Below are positions 38,597 through 48,515 of a DNA stretch of 64,000 bases, in pieces. How positions within the stretch are numbered: the first letter of the stretch is position 1; each line of letters opens with the position of its first letter. The notes below the pieces were generated by a model. The model did no database searches. It was not told the DNA's origin and saw nothing but the letters and a program-made list of their open reading frames with translations. A program made the position numbers and the translations under genes. This DNA comes from Patescibacteria group bacterium (GTDB lineage Bacteria; Patescibacteriota; Patescibacteriia; UBA10025; JAHIVO01), in assembly GCA_028718605.1 (NCBI GenBank), contig JAQULM010000001.1:519006-583005 (forward strand), given 5' to 3'.

Positions 38597-40594
38597 CTAT
38601 TTTATTACAAGGCCGATGATAAGTAACGCAACAATATTGAGAATCTTGATCATGGGATTAATCGCCGGGCCCGCGGTATCTTTGTACGGATCGCCGACCG
38701 TATCGCCGGTCACCGCTGCCTGGTGTGCAATTGATCCCTTGCCGCCGTATTCACCCGACTCGATATATTTCTTCGCATTATCCCACGCAGCGCCGCCGGT
38801 TGTCATGGAAATAGCTACGAAAATGCCGGTCACGATGCTGCCGACGAGCAACCCCGAGAGCGCTGCCGGGCCCATGAGCCACCCGACGAGAAACGGAACA
38901 ACGACCGGAATGAGCGCCGGCAGTATCATCTGCTTGATCGCGCCCTTGGTGACGATATCAACGGCGCGGGCATAGTCCGGCTTCGCGGTTCCTTCCATAA
39001 TGCCCTTGATCTCTTTGAACTGGCGCCGGACCTCATGCACGACGTTACCCGCCACCTTGCCGACGGCCTGCATCGCCTGTGCGCCGAAGAAATACGGCAG
39101 CAGCCCGCCGATAAAGAGCCCCACGAGAACTTTCGGATCATCGAGGACGAATGACGTGGCGATGCCGCGATCAGCCAATTCCTGCGTGTATGAAGCGAAT
39201 AAAACCAGCGCTGCGAGGCCTGCTGAACCGATCGCATACCCTTTCGTAACGGCCTTCGTCGTATTCCCGACGGCATCCAGCGGATCGGTTACCGTGCGGA
39301 CATCCTCGGGCATCCCCGCCATTTCTGCGATACCGCCCGCATTATCAGTTATCGGGCCATATGCATCAATAGTGACAATAATCCCGGCGAGCGAGAGCAT
39401 GCTCATAACCGCAATAGCAACCCCGTATATGTCAGCGAACGCATATGCCACTAAAATCCCGCCTGAAATCACAAGGATTGGAAGCGCGGTGGACTTCATG
39501 CTGACGGCAAGCCCTGTAATAATGTTCGTGCCATGCCCCGTAACTGAACTCTTGGCAACTGAGCGGACGGGATTATACTTCGTCGATGTATAGTATTCGG
39601 TGATAATAACAAGGAGTGCCGTGACGACGAGGCCAACGAGCGCTGCGAGGTAAATGCTCATCTCGTCATACTGGCCATTGCCGGCCATAAGCCATTTGGT
39701 GATCGGGTAAAACCCTACGGCTGACAAAACACCAGCAACGATCAAACCGCGGTACAGGGCACCCATGATATTTTGTTTCTTGCCGAGGCGGATAAAGAGC
39801 ACGCCGATAATCGAACTTACAATAGAGAGGCCGCCAATAACGAGCGGGAAAAAAAGCGCATTGCCAAACCCGACAAACGTCAGCGATCCGAGCAGCATCG
39901 TCGCGACTGCTGTGACTGCGTACGTCTCAAAAAGGTCGGCAGCCATACCGGCACAATCACCGACGTTATCACCGACGTTATCAGCGATAACGGCAGGGTT
40001 TCGCGGGTCGTCTTCCGGAATTCCCGCCTCAACCTTGCCGACAAGGTCTGCGCCGACATCAGCCGCCTTCGTATAGATACCGCCGCCTAATCGGGCGAAT
40101 ATTGATATCAAACTTCCGCCAAAGCCCAGGCCGATCAGTGCTTCGATGTCCTTCGTTATCGCATAAAAACCGGCAACTCCCAGCAAGCCGAGGCCGACAA
40201 CGAGGAGGCCGGTAATCGCACCGCCCTTTGCCGACACGTCGAGGGCTTTCGCAAGCCCGCTCCGCGCCGCCTCAGCGGTGCGCACATTTGCCCGCACTGA
40301 AACATTCATGCCGATATACCCGGCCAAGGCCGAGAGTACCGCACCGACGAGAAAACCGAGTGCGGTGGTCATGCCGAGAAAAACCCAGAGTGCCACGCCA
40401 ATAACGATTGCGATAACGCCGACAGTTTTGTACTGGCGGTTCAGGTACGCACGGGCGCCTTCCTGGATCGCTCGTGCGATAGACTGCATTTTTTCGTTGC
40501 CTGTGGGAAGCTTCACGATCCACCGGATGAGGAGCGCGCCGTAAATAATCGCAAGCACAGCTGCCCCAAGTGCGATAATGAGGGGTGTTTCCAT
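38597..40594 (-). CDS. hppA: Membrane-integral H+-translocating pyrophosphatase (K+-independent signature)
   Basis: [49 protein letters not shown]. Confidence 0.97.
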   Translation of the reverse strand: METPLIIALGAAVLAIIYGALLIRWIVKLPTGNEKMQSIARAIQEGARAYLNRQYKTVGVIAIVIGVALWVFLGMTTALGFLVGAVLSALAGYIGMNVSVRANVRTAEAARSGLAKALDVSAKGGAITGLLVVGLGLLGVAGFYAITKDIEALIGLGFGGSLISIFARLGGGIYTKAADVGADLVGKVEAGIPEDDPRNPAVIADNVGDNVGDCAGMAADLFETYAVTAVATMLLGSLTFVGFGNALFFPLVIGGLSIVSSIIGVLFIRLGKKQNIMGALYRGLIVAGVLSAVGFYPITKWLMAGNGQYDEMSIYLAALVGLVVTALLVIITEYYTSTKYNPVRSVAKSSVTGHGTNIITGLAVSMKSTALPILVISGGILVAYAFADIYGVAIAVMSMLSLAGIIVTIDAYGPITDNAGGIAEMAGMPEDVRTVTDPLDAVGNTTKAVTKGYAIGSAGLAALVLFASYTQELADRGIATSFVLDDPKVLVGLFIGGLLPYFFGAQAMQAVGKVAGNVVHEVRRQFKEIKGIMEGTAKPDYARAVDIVTKGAIKQMILPALIPVVVPFLVGWLMGPAALSGLLVGSIVTGIFVAISMTTGGAAWDNAKKYIESGEYGGKGSIAHQAAVTGDTVGDPYKDTAGPAINPMIKILNIVALLIIGLVIK

Positions 40595-40665
40595 ACGATT
40601 CGTCCTTTGATATTCGTAGATTAAAATTTAAAAGCTCAACGCGGGAATACCGCGTATATGCAAAA

Positions 40666-42060
40666 TTATTGCGTGGGGGTCTCGGTCTTTTCGTCTGCTG
40701 GCGCAGCGGGCGTTTCAGGCTCAGGTTGCGGAATAACCGGCTGCGCTGCCTCCGTGCTTGGAGTACCGGCAACGGTTGCTTCTGCCTGAGCTTGTGCCTG
40801 AGGCGCAGGAGCAGCTTCTCCAGCTTCCGTCTGCGGTACGGCGCCTGCTGCATCTTTCTTGGGCATGGTATCTGATACAATATCAATTTTCCACCCCGAT
40901 AACTTCGCGGAGAGCCGAACGTTCTGGCCGGCCTTGCCGATCGCGAGGGACAGCTGATCTTCCTTCACCTCAACAATCGCTGTTTTCTCGTCCTGGTTCA
41001 ACTTCACCCCCAAAACTTTTGCTGGCGACAGGGAATTGGTGATGAACCGGACTGGATCGTCATCCCATTCAATAATATCGATTTTTTCTCCCCCAACTTC
41101 CGATATGATCGTCTGGACCCGCGAACCGCGCTGGCCGACGCATGAGCCGACCGGATCAATGTTTCGCTGTGTTGTCGCAACGGCAATCTTAGTGCGTGAT
41201 CCCGCCTCGCGGGCGATTGCTTTAATAACGACCGAACCATTGCCGATTTCGGGCACTTCGACGCTGAACAGCTTCGCAACCATCTCCGGATGCGACCGGG
41301 ATAAAATAATTTCCGGCCCTTTCGATGTTTGCGAAACGCCGACTACATAGTACTTGAGCCGCTGCCCCGGCGTGTATCGCTCGTGCGGTATCTGTTCCGG
41401 CGGCGGCAGAAGTGCCGTTGTCTGCCCAAGGTCAATCAAGACCATGCGGCCCTCAACGCGCTGGACAGTCCCATTGATAATTTCATGTTCGCGCTCCTTG
41501 AACTCCTTAAATATTTTCTCGCGCTCCGCTTCACGCAACCGCTGGATGATTACCTGCTTCGCAGTCTGCGCTGCCATCCGGCCATATGCTGCAGGCGGAA
41601 AGAGCTCGGTTTTGATGACATCGCCTTCCGCGGCGCCTTTCTTGACGGCCTGCGCTTCTGTCACGGTAATTTCCGTCTTTGGGTTAAAACGCTCGATCTT
41701 CTCGTCATCGCTCTCCGCGATGTTCTCTGCTTTCTGCCCAGTCGCTTCGGGAGCAGTTTGCGGCGCATCTGCTGTGCCCGTCGTTGCCGCATCCGCTTCT
41801 TCCTGAAGGCGTTTCTCCTCGCGTAATTTCTCGGTGAGAGCGGCCTTTTCGTCTGATACCACTGTTTTAACATCAAAAACACGGGAACCACCGGTAACCA
41901 TATCGAATTCAACCTTGATGTTCTGGTTCTTCTCCCCGAAATCCTTGCGGTACGCGACGGCGAGCGCCGCCTCAATCGTCTCGATGACGGATTCGAGGGT
42001 GATATTTTTCTCCTCACAAATCTGCTTCGCTGCTTGTAAAATCTCATTCTCTCGTGCCAT
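40666..42060 (-). CDS. nusA: Transcription termination/antitermination factor NusA
   Basis: GRMAAQTAKQVI, AREAGSRTKIAV, CVGQRGSRV, LSLAIGKAGQNVRL. Confidence 0.97.
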   Translation of the reverse strand: MARENEILQAAKQICEEKNITLESVIETIEAALAVAYRKDFGEKNQNIKVEFDMVTGGSRVFDVKTVVSDEKAALTEKLREEKRLQEEADAATTGTADAPQTAPEATGQKAENIAESDDEKIERFNPKTEITVTEAQAVKKGAAEGDVIKTELFPPAAYGRMAAQTAKQVIIQRLREAEREKIFKEFKEREHEIINGTVQRVEGRMVLIDLGQTTALLPPPEQIPHERYTPGQRLKYYVVGVSQTSKGPEIILSRSHPEMVAKLFSVEVPEIGNGSVVIKAIAREAGSRTKIAVATTQRNIDPVGSCVGQRGSRVQTIISEVGGEKIDIIEWDDDPVRFITNSLSPAKVLGVKLNQDEKTAIVEVKEDQLSLAIGKAGQNVRLSAKLSGWKIDIVSDTMPKKDAAGAVPQTEAGEAAPAPQAQAQAEATVAGTPSTEAAQPVIPQPEPETPAAPADEKTETPTQ

Positions 42061-42160
42061 ATGCGTGGTCACTATTCATTATCAACTGATTAAAAAAAGC
42101 CAGTATACAAATACACTAGCTTACCTGCAGTATAGAATACCCGATTAAAAATGGCAAGGC

Positions 42161-42526
42161 CTACTCGAGGCTCACATTCTTCAGGTGCCGTACTGCGTCC
42201 CCATCAGCACGACGCTCAATGGCGATGACATCGACTCGAACAGCCCCTTGATACCGATGCTGCCGCAGATACGCAGCGATGACGCGCTCGAGCGCCCGCT
42301 TCTTGCGCTCTCCGATAGATTCTTCGGGTGTCCCGAATTTTTTCGACACCCTTACTTTAACTTCCACAAATACAACACATGGCTCATCAGTATCAAACGC
42401 GATAATGTCTGCTTCACCGGCGCGGGCAGACCAGTTTCGTGCGATAACCCAGTACCCCCGGTCCTGAAGGTAGCCAACAGCATACTCCTCGCCCCATTTT
42501 CCGATTCGTTTCCGATGCACGTGCAT
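42161..42526 (-). CDS. YraN/UPF0102 endonuclease-like protein
   Basis: G..GE..A..YL, NW...GEADIIA, VFVEVK.R, RVDVIAI. Confidence 0.9.
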   Translation of the reverse strand: MHVHRKRIGKWGEEYAVGYLQDRGYWVIARNWSARAGEADIIAFDTDEPCVVFVEVKVRVSKKFGTPEESIGERKKRALERVIAAYLRQHRYQGAVRVDVIAIERRADGDAVRHLKNVSLE

Positions 42527-42603
42527 AAGCGGACGAATGATCAATAAAAATTCCCAACAACGGCTCTACGCCGGGGGAAGGTTGCGCGTTGACTGCGTAA
42601 CGG

Positions 42604-43170
42604 CTATGCACGCTCAAATACCAGCGCGTAGTGGTAGGGACTTGCTTCGGATTCGTGCACGAGCTGCAGCCCTGCAGCCCGTGCGGTTTGGACGACGGTT
42701 GCTGACGGGACACAGTGTTCCTGCTTATGGCTAAACTTCCCGCCGCCGGGCTTCCAGTCAACAACGGCGATGCGGCCGTGTCTATCCAGAATGCGCAGTG
42801 CTTCGCGAAACACGTCTCCGTGCTTTGTTGTTTGTGAAAGAAGCTGAACGAGCAAAACAACGTCGACGGATCCTGCAGGAATACGGCGAATCGCGCGGTA
42901 CACTTCGACGTTCGCCCATACCGTCTTGATGTTACTCATCCCATACATCCGCGCTTTGCTCTCAAGTGCAGAGAGCGCGTGTTTTAACACGTCAACCCCA
43001 TAGACAACCCCATCATCACCGACGATCCGCGCTGCGTCGAGGACGAAATACCCCGCGCCGCACCCAAAATCAGCAACGGCCATGCCGTATGAAACGCCAA
43101 CTCGCTTCAGGATATCCCAGGGATTCAAGAATTCATGCCCCGCATGTTGTGTCTTTTTGGGAGTCTTCAT
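42604..43170 (-). CDS. Class I SAM-dependent methyltransferase
   Basis: VADFGCGAGYF, VYGVDV, RIL...GRIAVVDW. Confidence 0.88.
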   Translation of the reverse strand: MKTPKKTQHAGHEFLNPWDILKRVGVSYGMAVADFGCGAGYFVLDAARIVGDDGVVYGVDVLKHALSALESKARMYGMSNIKTVWANVEVYRAIRRIPAGSVDVVLLVQLLSQTTKHGDVFREALRILDRHGRIAVVDWKPGGGKFSHKQEHCVPSATVVQTARAAGLQLVHESEASPYHYALVFERA

Positions 43171-43250
43171 ACGTACTCAGTATAGCACAACAAAACCCCT
43201 ATCGCATCTTATGCGGGGCGTGCTTTGACACGGAACGGAAACCCAATTAT

Positions 43251-43892
43251 CTACCGACAAACCGCACGGCGACTCTCAATACACAACCTGATCGGTGCAT
43301 ACGAAGTGCGGTGCTCACGGCATACGCCGTGCCTCTCAATGCTCCGCCGATGCTGCGCGGTGCCATACCCTTTATTCCGGTCAAATTGGTACTGGGGATA
43401 TCGCGTGTGTAACGCATCCATGAGGCGGTCACGGGAAACTTTCGCAATGATTGACGCCGCAGCAATACAAAGCTCCTTCGCGTCTCCCCGAATAATAGCG
43501 TGTGTCGGCGTGCTACCGCATTGGATGCGGAATGCGTCGACGAGCGCCGCGTCGGGCCTCACGGTAAGTTTCAAAATGCTCCCGCGGAGCGCAGCCATGT
43601 TCGCATACTGAATGCCCCGCCGATCAATAACGATTCGGCTGATGACAACAACAGAATATGAAACTGCCACGGAGACGATCTCCTCGTATAATTCTGTACG
43701 CCTCCGGGGCGTCAGCATTTTTGAATCTCGGATTCCCCGGACCATACACCGTCGGGGCAGGATGACGGCAGCGGCTACGATTGGGCCTGCCCATGCGCCG
43801 CGTCCTGCCTCGTCCGTCCCGGCAACCCATCGGCTACCTCGGGCACGGAGCTGCAGTTCTGCTTTCCGCTGTGGCCGTACGTTCTTATTCAT
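43251..43892 (-). CDS. rnhB: Ribonuclease HII
   Basis: GTDEAGRGAWAGP, DSK, IAAASIIAKVSRD, KGYGT, HRTSY. Confidence 0.96.
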   Translation of the reverse strand: MNKNVRPQRKAELQLRARGSRWVAGTDEAGRGAWAGPIVAAAVILPRRCMVRGIRDSKMLTPRRRTELYEEIVSVAVSYSVVVISRIVIDRRGIQYANMAALRGSILKLTVRPDAALVDAFRIQCGSTPTHAIIRGDAKELCIAAASIIAKVSRDRLMDALHTRYPQYQFDRNKGYGTAQHRRSIERHGVCREHRTSYAPIRLCIESRRAVCR

Positions 43893-43929
43893 ACATTGCT
43901 TTCAGTATATACGAAATGCCCAAATAACT

Positions 43930-43956
43930 AAAAAGGGGCGGTATGACCGCCCCCTT
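43930..43956 (-). terminator. Intrinsic terminator
   Basis: Minus strand AAGGGGGCGGT-CAT-ACCGCCCCTTTTT. Confidence 0.8.
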
Positions 43957-44292
43957 AGTATAATTACTTTTTGAGCGTCAACCGCCCCGCGGCTATTTTC
44001 CTACAGAGCGTCCGCCCTTGCGGGCAGGCACTATGATCTAATGGAGCATAGCCGTTTGGCTTTTTGCGTTGGCTCTCAAAAAGCAATTTTCCTTCACCAC
44101 CTCGTGGTTAAACTCTCGTTCTCATTGCTGAGCGCAAAAGGATAACCTTTTTGTTTTTTTTTGGAAAAACTTTTCCGAACCTGCCAACAACAGGTTCTCT
44201 GGCAGTGAAGAAAGGTTGCTTCCGATATTTCTAGTATTCGAAACAACCTTCCGGCACCGCCACACTGTGCATAACTTGTTAAAATTCATTCT
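43930..44292 (-). ncRNA. Candidate ~360-nt structured non-coding RNA, family unassigned
   Basis: Lies between a consensus promoter and a terminator, has no long ORF, and contains several hairpins including a ~127-nt bulged rod at 43962-44088. Confidence 0.55.
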
Positions 44293-44298
44293 GAAAAC

Positions 44299-44327
44299 AG
44301 TATAGCATGGTTTTTCATAAATGTCAA
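44299..44327 (-). promoter_or_regulatory. Sigma70 promoter with extended -10, flanked by two DnaA-box-like 9-mers
   Basis: TTGACA-17 bp-TATACT with TGn extension; TTATGCACA at 44266-44274(-) and TTTTCCACA at 44399-44407(+). Confidence 0.75.
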
Positions 44328-44415
44328 TAGTCTTTTTCGGCTAATGTTCAACAAAATTCAAAAATTCAAAAAGATACCTGTTTTAACACACCAATGGGTT
44401 TTCCACAGCCAATAG

Positions 44416-44991
44416 TTAGACTTTTTCTATCCGCTTTTTTACGAATTCATACACTTGCTGGAATTCCTCCTCCGGACTCATGCGGGTTGCGTTCAAATAG
44501 AGATCGTAGTGTTGCGGATCGAAAATATCGATGTGGTAATACTTCTGGTACCGAATTTTATCGCTTATAAGGCGTGCCTTCACGCTTCGAAGTACGTCCT
44601 CATAGCTTTTAAGGTTCTGGGCTTCATTGCGTTCGTGAGCTACGCCATCGTGAGTCTGGAGCGCACTCCAGATGCGGCGGGCTCCTTCTTCGTCACTCAC
44701 GTCAAGAAAAATTTTCAATGAATGCCGGATAAAATGAAACGCCGTGCGCCCTTCAATAACAAAATTATCTTCTGCCCTGCCGAGCTCTTCAACCTTTGTA
44801 TCGAATTCACGGTCACACTGACCATGATTCTCGCCCCAACGGAGGAATTCAATTAACGTCATTCCCCGTTGGCGTGCTGCATCTCGAAACATACCGCCGA
44901 CATAGTACCGCTTATACCCCAACACGGCCGCGAGTCTTTTCGCGACCGTGCTTTTTCCAGAACCAGGTTTTCCGCTCAAGCTAACGATCAT
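44416..44991 (-). CDS. cmk: Cytidylate kinase (type 2 / archaeal-like)
   Basis: SGKPGSGKSTVAK, G.MFR..A..RGM, VIEGR, RY..YY.ID. Confidence 0.82.
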   Translation of the reverse strand: MIVSLSGKPGSGKSTVAKRLAAVLGYKRYYVGGMFRDAARQRGMTLIEFLRWGENHGQCDREFDTKVEELGRAEDNFVIEGRTAFHFIRHSLKIFLDVSDEEGARRIWSALQTHDGVAHERNEAQNLKSYEDVLRSVKARLISDKIRYQKYYHIDIFDPQHYDLYLNATRMSPEEEFQQVYEFVKKRIEKV

Positions 44992-47242
44992 GGTGGAAAC
45001 GCCGTGGTGGGCGATTAAATCCGCCGCGTGATGAGCGCGAACCAGACCGCACCGGCCGCTCAACCCGTTCAACGCCTGCCGGTGGTTCTTTCAGAATTTT
45101 GTGTGAGAGTTCAATCCTGCCGCGCTCCTTGTCCACCCCGACAACTTTCACTTTCAGCTTATCGCCCGGTTTTACAAAATCTGATACACGGTCAATGCGC
45201 TCGTAGGAAAACTGGGAAATATGGACCATGCCATCCTGGCCAGGGACGAGCTCGACGATTGCGCCAATCTCACTGCCGGTATTCCGGTCTGTCTGTATCT
45301 TCAGAACGGTTCCCTCGTACTCCTCGCCTTCTTTAATTTCATGGGTTAGGTTCTCGATCCACTTTTTCGCCTTGTCACCCATTTCAGCATTATGCGACGT
45401 GATCATTACGAGGCCGTCCTGCTCAATGTCAATCTTGGTGACATCGGCACCGCCGCACTCATCGATGATCTTGTTGATGGTTTCGCCGCCGCGGCCGATA
45501 ACATCGCGAATTTTTTCAGGATCGATCCTGAGCATGGAAATCCGTGGGGCATACGGCGACAATTCAGCACGCGGGGCGGGGATTGTCTTCTCGATAACGT
45601 CGAGGATTTGCATACGCGCCTTTTGGGCAGCGCTGAATGCTTCTTTGGTTATCTCCAGTGTGATGCCGTGGAGTTTCGTGTCCATCTGGATGGCGGTAAT
45701 GCCTGTCCGCGTACCGGCAACCTTGAAATCCATGTCGCCATTGTGGTCTTCGACCCCTTGGATATCAGTGAGAATCTTAAATGTCCCGAGATCGTTCTCG
45801 GCGGTAATCAGGCCGATGGCAATGCCCGCAACTGGTGCCTTGATCGGCACGCCGGCATCCATGAGCGCGAGCGTTGACCCGCAGCATGATGCCTGGGACG
45901 ATGACCCATTGGACGAGAGTACTTCTGAAACAACGCGTACGGTGTAGGGGAATTCCTCGCGTGACGGCATAACAGCCTCAATCGCTTTTTCGACGAGAGC
46001 GCCGTGCCCGATTTCCCGCCGCCCTGGCGACCGTATCGGCTTTGCTTCGCCAGTCGAAAAGCCGGGGAAATTGTAGTGGTGCATGAACCGCTTCTTTCCT
46101 GTCTCCTCCATGGTATCGAGCAACTGCTCGTCGCCCGGCGAACCGAGCGTCACGACCGACAGAACCTGCGTCTCGCCGCGATTGAACAACCCAGAACCAT
46201 GCGTCCGCGGTAATACGGCAACTTCACTCGCGAGCGGACGGATTTCATCGAGCGCGCGGCCGTCAACACGTTTTTCCGCTTCGAGCACCAGCCGCCGCGC
46301 TTCATCCTCATACAACCCGCTGACCAGCGAAACGCCGTGTGCACGGAGCTCTTTCGACACTTCATTATCGGCTTTCAGCACTTCCTCGAGCTCATCAGTA
46401 AGCTTCAGGAGCGCCTGCTTCTGCTCCTTTTTTACCATTATGCTGAAGAGTTGCTGTATCCTACTCGCGCAGAAGTCCTTCACTTTTTTCTCAACGCTTG
46501 CGCGCTTTGCTTTCTCGTCATCATCAAGCTCGCCGATCTCAATCATTTCTTTCGCTTTCCCGACCTTCTCCTGTATTTCCCGTATCGTGCGGACTAACGG
46601 CTTGATGTGCTTGTGGCCGAATTCGATCGCGTCGAGCACGACCTGCTCGGAAACCTGCTGGCCACCCGCCTCAATCATTAAAATTTTCTCTTCGTCAGCT
46701 GCAACAACCAGATCGAGCACGCTTTTCTCGCGCGCAGTATACGTCGGGTTCAGCACCCACTCACCGTTGATTTGCCCTACCCGAACGCCCGCGATCGGCC
46801 CGTGCCAAGGGATGCTCGAAATCGAGAGGGCGCAGGACGCCGCGATCAGGGACAGTACGTCAGGATCATTCTCCTGGTCAACCGAGAGTACTGTGATAAC
46901 GACCTGAATATCATTGCGGAGCGAATCGTCAAACAGCGGCCGGATCGACCGGTCGACCAGCCGGGATGTCAGAATCGCATCATCAGACGGCCGTCCTTCC
47001 CGTTTAATGAACCGGGACCCTTTGATTTTACCGGCGGCGTACAACCGCTCCTCATAATCAACCATGAGGGGGAAAAAATCGATTCCCTCCCGAATTGTCT
47101 CACTCTTCACTGCAGTGGCAAGCACCATCGTGCCGCCGTACTTCACCGTACAGGCGCCATCTGCCTGGCCAGCGAGCCGACCGAGCTCGAATTCCAGCTT
47201 GCCGCCGTTGAGCTCTGTCTCAAAACGCTCTACCGATGCCAT
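44981..47242 (-). CDS. pnp: Polyribonucleotide nucleotidyltransferase
   Basis: FFPLMVDYEE, RTHGSGLFNRGETQ, RREIGHG, GDMDFKVAG, KH and S1 domains. Confidence 0.98.
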   Translation of the reverse strand: MASVERFETELNGGKLEFELGRLAGQADGACTVKYGGTMVLATAVKSETIREGIDFFPLMVDYEERLYAAGKIKGSRFIKREGRPSDDAILTSRLVDRSIRPLFDDSLRNDIQVVITVLSVDQENDPDVLSLIAASCALSISSIPWHGPIAGVRVGQINGEWVLNPTYTAREKSVLDLVVAADEEKILMIEAGGQQVSEQVVLDAIEFGHKHIKPLVRTIREIQEKVGKAKEMIEIGELDDDEKAKRASVEKKVKDFCASRIQQLFSIMVKKEQKQALLKLTDELEEVLKADNEVSKELRAHGVSLVSGLYEDEARRLVLEAEKRVDGRALDEIRPLASEVAVLPRTHGSGLFNRGETQVLSVVTLGSPGDEQLLDTMEETGKKRFMHHYNFPGFSTGEAKPIRSPGRREIGHGALVEKAIEAVMPSREEFPYTVRVVSEVLSSNGSSSQASCCGSTLALMDAGVPIKAPVAGIAIGLITAENDLGTFKILTDIQGVEDHNGDMDFKVAGTRTGITAIQMDTKLHGITLEITKEAFSAAQKARMQILDVIEKTIPAPRAELSPYAPRISMLRIDPEKIRDVIGRGGETINKIIDECGGADVTKIDIEQDGLVMITSHNAEMGDKAKKWIENLTHEIKEGEEYEGTVLKIQTDRNTGSEIGAIVELVPGQDGMVHISQFSYERIDRVSDFVKPGDKLKVKVVGVDKERGRIELSHKILKEPPAGVERVERPVRSGSRSSRGGFNRPPRRFHHDR

Positions 47243-47514
47243 ATGTTGTGCTTCCTTGTCTGTTCCTTCGGAAAGTGCGCGCAGTGAGACGCGAACCGAT
47301 ATCGGGAGGATGCCACTTCATAAACTTATATCCTGAGCGGAGCGAAGGATCTCAGAGCCCACCGAAGGATCCCGAAAAAACGCGATCCATTCAGGGTAAA
47401 AGTCTACGAACCTGACAACCTATCCCAGTCGCGGCATTCCATGCGGCGCCCATCGATGGGGAACATTACGTATTAATTGTATAAACTGCCAAAGAACAGT
47501 ATCTGCAAATGGAG

Positions 47515-48048
47515 CTAACGCGCTGACTGCCGCGTACGATCCGTAAATCTTCTCGCGATAAGGTATTTCCGCCGGTTGCCGCTCAGGTCGATAAACCGGT
47601 CAGCCTGGTGCACAAGCTGCGATGACGCAGACTCGGCAAAAGCGACGATCTCGACAAATTGGCCATGGTTCTTCAAGTACTCCACGAGCGGGATAAAATC
47701 GCCATCACCGGTAACGAGAACGATGGAATCAACTTTCGGGGACAGGCGAATCGCATCCATCGCGATGCCGATATCCCAGTCGCCTTTTTTATTGCCGCCA
47801 AAAAATACCTGCAGATCCTTGGTCTTTACCTCGAACCCCTGCTTGTCGAGCGCTTCGAAAAACTTCTGCTCGTCGGGGTTCTGGGCCTTGATCACATACG
47901 CCATCGCACGGATGAGCTGCCGGTTGTCGAGTGCTGCTTTTAAAACTTCCCCAAAATTCACCTTTGCTCCGTACAGGTTCTTCGCGGAGTAGTAAAGGTT
48001 TTGGACGTCGACGAATATGCCGACGCGCTGGTTCTTCAAACTGTCCAT
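47515..48048 (-). CDS. NYN-domain (LabA/DUF88) protein
   Basis: FVDVQNLY, KGDWD, VTGDGDF, ADRFIDL. Confidence 0.9.
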   Translation of the reverse strand: MDSLKNQRVGIFVDVQNLYYSAKNLYGAKVNFGEVLKAALDNRQLIRAMAYVIKAQNPDEQKFFEALDKQGFEVKTKDLQVFFGGNKKGDWDIGIAMDAIRLSPKVDSIVLVTGDGDFIPLVEYLKNHGQFVEIVAFAESASSQLVHQADRFIDLSGNRRKYLIARRFTDRTRQSAR

Positions 48049-48314
48049 TATTTCTTGAGTTTAAGCTGCTTGGCGATCGCCTCGTAGCTTTTCGGATTGT
48101 CCTTCTCCAGATAGCGTAAAAGGCGCCGGCGCAAACCAACCTTGCGGAGCAACCCGCGCCGCGAGGAAAAATCCTTCTTGTGGTCCTTCAGGTGGTCAGT
48201 GAGGCGCTTAATCTCTGAAGACAAAATCGCGATCTGAACCTCCGGCGAGCCGGTATCCGACTCGTGGGTTTTGTACTTCTCGATAATCTTGTCCTTCTCT
48301 TTCTTCGTTAGCAT
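48048..48314 (-). CDS. rpsO: 30S ribosomal protein S15
   Basis: DTGSPEVQIAIL, HKKDFSSRRGLL, RRRLLRYL. Confidence 0.97.
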   Translation of the reverse strand: MLTKKEKDKIIEKYKTHESDTGSPEVQIAILSSEIKRLTDHLKDHKKDFSSRRGLLRKVGLRRRLLRYLEKDNPKSYEAIAKQLKLKK

Positions 48315-48407
48315 ACTGTTGTGTCCTTCCGCCGCGAGGCTCCGAGTCTCAGGGGTGCTAACAAATCCCCAGAAACCAAGAGTTCGCATTATTCAATAAG
48401 TACCCTT

Positions 48408-48435
48408 ATTATAGGCATAATCGTGGCTCTGTCAA
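48408..48435 (-). promoter_or_regulatory. Sigma70 promoter of rpsO
   Basis: TTGACA-16 bp-TATAAT. Confidence 0.75.
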
Positions 48436-48515
48436 GGCGGCGCGATGCAGAGTAGAAAAAACCCCGGGAGCCTCCGCTTCCCGGGGTGTGAAAAAATCCA
48501 TCGAATGTTCTGTCG

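Noticed and set aside
43930-44292. RNase P RNA, tmRNA, SRP RNA or IscB omega RNA
   Set aside because: No GAGGAAAGTCC core, no tRNA-Ala-like ends, no SRP helix-8 motif and no IscB/TnpB gene; the GTCAAC..CCCC resemblance is too short
44266-44407. Chromosomal replication origin
   Set aside because: Only two DnaA-box matches, and no dnaA or dnaN nearby; cannot be supported without a skew analysis
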